Source: a virus (Duplodnaviria > Caudoviricetes). From it: 47,470 bases of DNA. Location: IMG/VR virus record IMGVR_UViG_3300032247_001328, positions 1-47,470 of that record; one strand, given 5' to 3'. The stretch's first letter is position 1; every line of letters starts with the position of its first letter. The notes below the pieces were generated by a model. The model saw only the letters and a program-made list of their open reading frames with translations. It was not told the origin of the DNA and ran no database searches. The translations under genes and the position numbers were made by a program. This document shows, piece by piece, positions 45,150 to 47,470 of the stretch.

Positions 45150-47470
45150 ACGAAAAATATCTAAAAAGTCTATATGATTGGATAAACCAGCAAGATGAAA
45201 CATATAAAAATAATGTTTCGTATGAAGGGTTTTTACAAAAAATGGGAGATAAGGCTTATGCTACAAAAATGCATGGCTGGATTAATTCAATTGATACCAC
45301 ATTTTCAAAGTCCCTTCCACTTGATTCGTTTTTAAATAAAATAAATCCACCAGCACAGCCGGCACAACAACCTAAAAAAAAAATTGGTGGCGAACCAAAT
45401 GCGATCATTTCTGGTCAAACTCCCCAATCTCCATTAACATTACTATTACCATCACACGATCAGGTATCAAATCTTAGTGCTGCTGATTTAATTAAAGAAA
45501 GTGATAGGGTAAATGAAGTAATTAAAGCAGATACTACACCGATCCCTGCAAGTAAAAATATATTTTCACCCGGTCTTGATCTGTCTCAAACCTATGCTGC
45601 TAAACAATCTAGGTTAGGGAAGACCGCATCGATTGTTAAAAAATTCACTCAGGGATTACCAATTGAAAGTGATGATGCAACATATTTAGAACAAGCCGCA
45701 CCTACTGCATTTAAAGATATTGTCAGCACAATAAAGTTTAATGACAAGAATCTTGCTGCAATAAAGAATCCACAAGAAGTAATTGTTGCAAATAACAGTA
45801 ATTACTTTCAAAGAGTTCAAGATCAAATACAGCCTGAACTCAAGAAATCATTAGATGCATCTACACAGATTTTATTAAATTCTGGATTTAAAAACATAAA
45901 CGATGTTTATGATGATAAAAAAGTTAAAAATTATTTAGCACAGGCTGATGCTAATAAAAGAAAAGAAATTGAACAATTAGAGATTAAGTATCCAAAGGTA
46001 AGTCAACCGGAGGAAGAGTACTATAGACCAGAACAAGAAGCATATAATAAAGAACTTAATGCAATTGAGGAGAAGTATGCAAAACTAGGTGGTGCAATTG
46101 GAGAGTTAAAGGCAGCAGAATTGGCAAAAAAACTAGAAAACCAAAAAGAGTGGTATAAGACAGAAACAGAAAAACCAGATCCATTCAAAATTGGAATGGA
46201 GTGTTTAAAGTATTCAGATCCAATACAATACCAGAATAGAATAAAGGCAGGTTCTGAGACAGTAATAGATAATAGTATTGCCAAAAAGGGTAATCAGATT
46301 AGAATAGCAGTAAATCAAAATCCTCTTACGTTAAAGCAAATATTAAAGGATGATGATTTTATTGATGATAGATTTACTATGGGTGCAGAGCAGGATGTAT
46401 TACATAGACTTGCCGCAGAGCACTATAAAGAAAGTAATAAGTTTTGGTATAACCCACCAACAATACAACAACTAGACGACTATAAAAATCAATTACCGGC
46501 AAAAGAAAAGGCGTTATACGAAAGAACCATACGCCCAAGATTAATTGCAGAGGGGATGCCAGAAAAAGAAGGTTATGAAAACTTAGCCATACGTAGTATA
46601 TTTGGATATTCACCAGAGATACCTATTAGTGGTGGATTAAACGCATTCACCGGATCATTGTTTAATCTTGGTGAATCTACAGGTAAGGGTATAGCTGGAG
46701 CAGTTGGGTTACGTCCAGAATCAGACAAGGCAAGGGAGTTGATAAATAATCCAATGCTTGCAAAAACACAGGGCGTTGGACAATCACCTGAAGCAATTGC
46801 AAGGATCAATGATTTAAACGATAAAGAAAAAAAAGGTAAACTATCTCTTGAAGAATTAAATGAAAGAGAAGACCTTAAGTCATATACAAATGTAGTGAGT
46901 TCGGGGGAACAGTGGTGGAACAGATCTATGGCATTAGCAGGTCAGGTTGTTGGTCAGGCTCTTTTAACAAGGGGATTAGGTGGTGCCTTAGTTGGAGGTG
47001 CATCTAAACTTGGAATACTAGCAGCAGAAGGATCTACAGCTGTAGCTGGTAAAGTTACTGCCGAAGCAATTAATGCAGCTGCCGCATCTGCCGTAGGTTT
47101 TGCGTCTTCAATTGATGATGCATCTAAGCAGGGGATGGAGTTGGGATTATATGGCATTAAGAATACCGCATTCTCTACGGTTGTTGGTGCAGCAAATGCT
47201 GTAACAGAAAATATATTTAAGGATACGAAAGTTCTTGATGCCTTTAATAAAGAGATTTCACAGCAGATATTGTCTGTTGTTGAGAAGTTAGGGGTAGAGG
47301 GAATGTCTAGAGAATTGTTTCAAAACAGTATAAAAGCTGCAATTAAAAATGCAGTAAAGTATACATATCTAACAGAGGTAGAAGCGGGCAAGGAGGTTGT
47401 TGAAGAAACAGCTACCACTGCAATTACTCAAGCAGCAATAGCAGTATTAGCACCTGACCAGTTTAGTTTA
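45146..47470 (+). CDS. Large internal virion/ejection protein (runs off the window, >775 aa)
   Basis: Not in the ORF track; ATGA-coupled start MNEKYLKSLYDWINQ...; same frame at the window end (...EAGKEVVEETA...), with a G/A-rich hydrophobic region. Confidence 0.75.
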   Translation, partial: MNEKYLKSLYDWINQQDETYKNNVSYEGFLQKMGDKAYATKMHGWINSIDTTFSKSLPLDSFLNKINPPAQPAQQPKKKIGGEPNAIISGQTPQSPLTLLLPSHDQVSNLSAADLIKESDRVNEVIKADTTPIPASKNIFSPGLDLSQTYAAKQSRLGKTASIVKKFTQGLPIESDDATYLEQAAPTAFKDIVSTIKFNDKNLAAIKNPQEVIVANNSNYFQRVQDQIQPELKKSLDASTQILLNSGFKNINDVYDDKKVKNYLAQADANKRKEIEQLEIKYPKVSQPEEEYYRPEQEAYNKELNAIEEKYAKLGGAIGELKAAELAKKLENQKEWYKTETEKPDPFKIGMECLKYSDPIQYQNRIKAGSETVIDNSIAKKGNQIRIAVNQNPLTLKQILKDDDFIDDRFTMGAEQDVLHRLAAEHYKESNKFWYNPPTIQQLDDYKNQLPAKEKALYERTIRPRLIAEGMPEKEGYENLAIRSIFGYSPEIPISGGLNAFTGSLFNLGESTGKGIAGAVGLRPESDKARELINNPMLAKTQGVGQSPEAIARINDLNDKEKKGKLSLEELNEREDLKSYTNVVSSGEQWWNRSMALAGQVVGQALLTRGLGGALVGGASKLGILAAEGSTAVAGKVTAEAINAAAASAVGFASSIDDASKQGMELGLYGIKNTAFSTVVGAANAVTENIFKDTKVLDAFNKEISQQILSVVEKLGVEGMSRELFQNSIKAAIKNAVKYTYLTEVEAGKEVVEETATTAITQAAIAVLAPDQFSL

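Noticed and set aside
45374-45383. A10 run as a frameshift or phase-variation site
   Set aside because: The frame stays open (PKKKI) and matches the frame at the window end; Lys runs are common in such proteins.
21255-47157. Numerous antisense or alternate-frame ORFs within the large late genes
   Set aside because: Shadow ORFs with no start context or motifs.
1-47470. Genome-wide TAG-to-Gln recoding (code 15)
   Set aside because: TAG terminates many genes right at element or operon boundaries, and the large late genes have no internal TAG. Only one interrupted gene was seen.

Overview
Part of a tailed dsDNA phage genome, most likely a podovirus infecting Bacteroidota. The evidence is TAnnTTTG host promoters, AT-rich translation starts without Shine-Dalgarno sites, and a crAss-like head/tail gene order. 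Two arms diverge at about 15-16 kb. The minus-strand arm (<1-15.7 kb) carries an early operon of small genes, then DUF932, a tyrosine recombinase, Sak/Rad52 and YqaJ recombination genes, a T7/Twinkle-type primase-helicase, a resolvase, dNMP kinase and PhoH. The plus-strand arm (16.3->47.5 kb) carries HNH, small basic proteins, GroES-like and ferritin-like genes, terminase, portal, scaffold, major capsid, tail fibres, lysis genes, tail ring/muzzle and internal virion proteins. The most striking feature is that the early operon (9.2-14.75 kb) is punctuated by 12 intergenic structured elements. Most are ~41-44-nt anticodon-less tRNA mimics: acceptor-like stem, GG D-loop remnant, TTCGA(T/C)T T-arm, then N-CTA in the N-CCA position, with fully covarying stems. 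They lie downstream of a strong host promoter with two hairpin+boxA-like sites, so the layout resembles an rrn operon or tRNA punctuation, and a tyrosine recombinase lies nearby. Also notable are a strand-polar AGTTCGGGGG motif, an apparent holin/u-spanin fusion and an early gene broken by an amber codon. All family calls come from motif recognition by eye, not database searches.
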